Assembly: GCF_006345805.1 (NCBI RefSeq)
Contig: NC_043007.1
Coordinates: 35,340,001-35,404,000, forward strand
From: Octopus sinensis
Taxonomy: Eukaryota
Length of the DNA stretch: 64,000 nt
Reading direction: 5' to 3'
The notes under the pieces were generated by a model, which worked only from the letters and a program-made list of their open reading frames with translations, was not told the DNA's origin and did no database searches. Within the stretch, counting starts at the first letter, position 1. Every line of letters starts with the position of its first letter. Both the position numbers and the translations under genes were made by a program. Shown here piece after piece: positions 62,964-64,000 of the stretch.

Positions 62964-63120
62964 TACGACGGGCTTCTTTCAGTTTCCGTCTACCAAATCC
63001 ACTCACAAGGCTTTGGTTCACCCGAGGCTATAGTAGAAGACACTTGCCCAAGGTGCCACGCAGTGGGACTGAACCCGGAACCATGTGGTTGGTAAACAAG
63101 CTACTTACCACACAGCCACT
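62435..63120 (-). mobile_element. SINE family A copy with a hairpin insertion in its internal (TA)n
   Basis: SINE halves at 62435-62660 and 62960-63120; the insert has 38-bp perfect inverted arms at 62686-62723 / 62788-62825. Confidence 0.9.
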
Positions 63121-63712
63121 CAAAAATTTGTTTTCTCGTGCTTTCTAAAAGAAAACATTTGCAAGACATCTATTTCTCAAGGGTTTCCTCGTCAGAAACA
63201 CTTTTACTCTTCGTGTATCTGCTTAATAATAATTCTCTATACGTATAGAAGTCTTCTTCAGTTCCAGATGCGTAGTAGATCACGTTTGTGCCAGATTTAG
63301 GGTGTTGTATTGCAAGTTATGTTGTAGATTAGGAAAGCATTGCTTGGGAAAGCATGTCTACACTCAACGCATGAACAAAAGACAACCGTTTCTTGTTTTC
63401 AAGGACATCCGCCAACAATAGATGTCTGGTTTTAACTAAAAATAGAGCTGAATATACATGACAATAGAGCTTCCCAGCAGTGAACGATAACTTACCATTA
63501 CAGAGTACAGATAAAAAGAACGGCCGCCAATTAGAGACAATGTCAGCCTTCCATTTACCATGGACCATTCATTATTGTTAATAAACACACAAAGAAAACA
63601 CTAACAAACAAAACAAAACGAATTACAGAAAATGTTCTTTGTTTATAAAGTAGAAGGTATTTTATACATGTGCCTCATGGAAGATGTACTTCGAAACAAA
63701 CTTGAACTTGTA

Positions 63713-63842
63713 GGCGCAGGCGTGGCTGTGTAGTAAGAACATTGCTTTCCAACTACAGGATTCCGGGTTCAGTTCCACTGAGTGAAACCTTAGGCAAATG
63801 ACTTCTACTATAGTCTCAAGCTGACAAGGCCTGAGACTATAA
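63713..63842 (+). mobile_element. SINE family A head fragment followed by (TATG)n
   Basis: AGGCGCAGGCGTGGCTGTGTAGTAAGAA...CCGGGTTCAGTTCCACTG...CTTCTACTATAG. Confidence 0.8.
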
Positions 63843-63942
63843 TGTATGTATGTATGTATGTATGTATGTATGTATGTATGTATGTATGTATGTATGTATG
63901 TATGTATGTATGTATGTATGTATGTATATACACACACACACG

Positions 63943-64000
<58 letters not shown>

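Noticed and set aside
63180-63200. Minus-strand CTGACGAGGAAAC
   Set aside because: It has no stem II or stem I; compatible with chance.
63436-63445. Perfect MEF2 site CTAAAAATAG, and a lone CArG near 10658
   Set aside because: Single short AT-rich motifs are expected several times by chance in this window.

Overview
This is non-coding eukaryotic DNA: AT-rich and saturated with microsatellites and transposon debris. The SINE families and repeat density point to an octopod cephalopod; this is recognition from memory, not a database result. No intact host protein-coding gene can be supported, and nearly all long ORFs in the track are microsatellite or low-complexity artefacts. Recognisable content: four families of tRNA-head SINEs; mariner and Tc1 remnants, one Tc1 with a spliceosomal intron; several MITE types; two non-autonomous Helitrons; and decayed non-LTR fragments (L1/Tx1-like, RTE, CRE-like, and two Penelope-like elements). 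Two things stand out. (1) A Penelope-associated RNA module: three dispersed, microsatellite-embedded short elements share a minimal hammerhead-ribozyme consensus with stem covariation. A four-unit 404-512 bp tandem array carries one degenerate hammerhead-like core per unit, and three hairpin insertions sit in or beside (TA)n tracts. (2) Paralogous cis-regulatory-like modules between 28 and 47 kb: a minus-strand TATA/YY1 core promoter with CRE-like, kB/NFAT-type palindrome and AP-1 sites, an inverted paralogue 18 kb away, and three CArG boxes sharing identical flanks.
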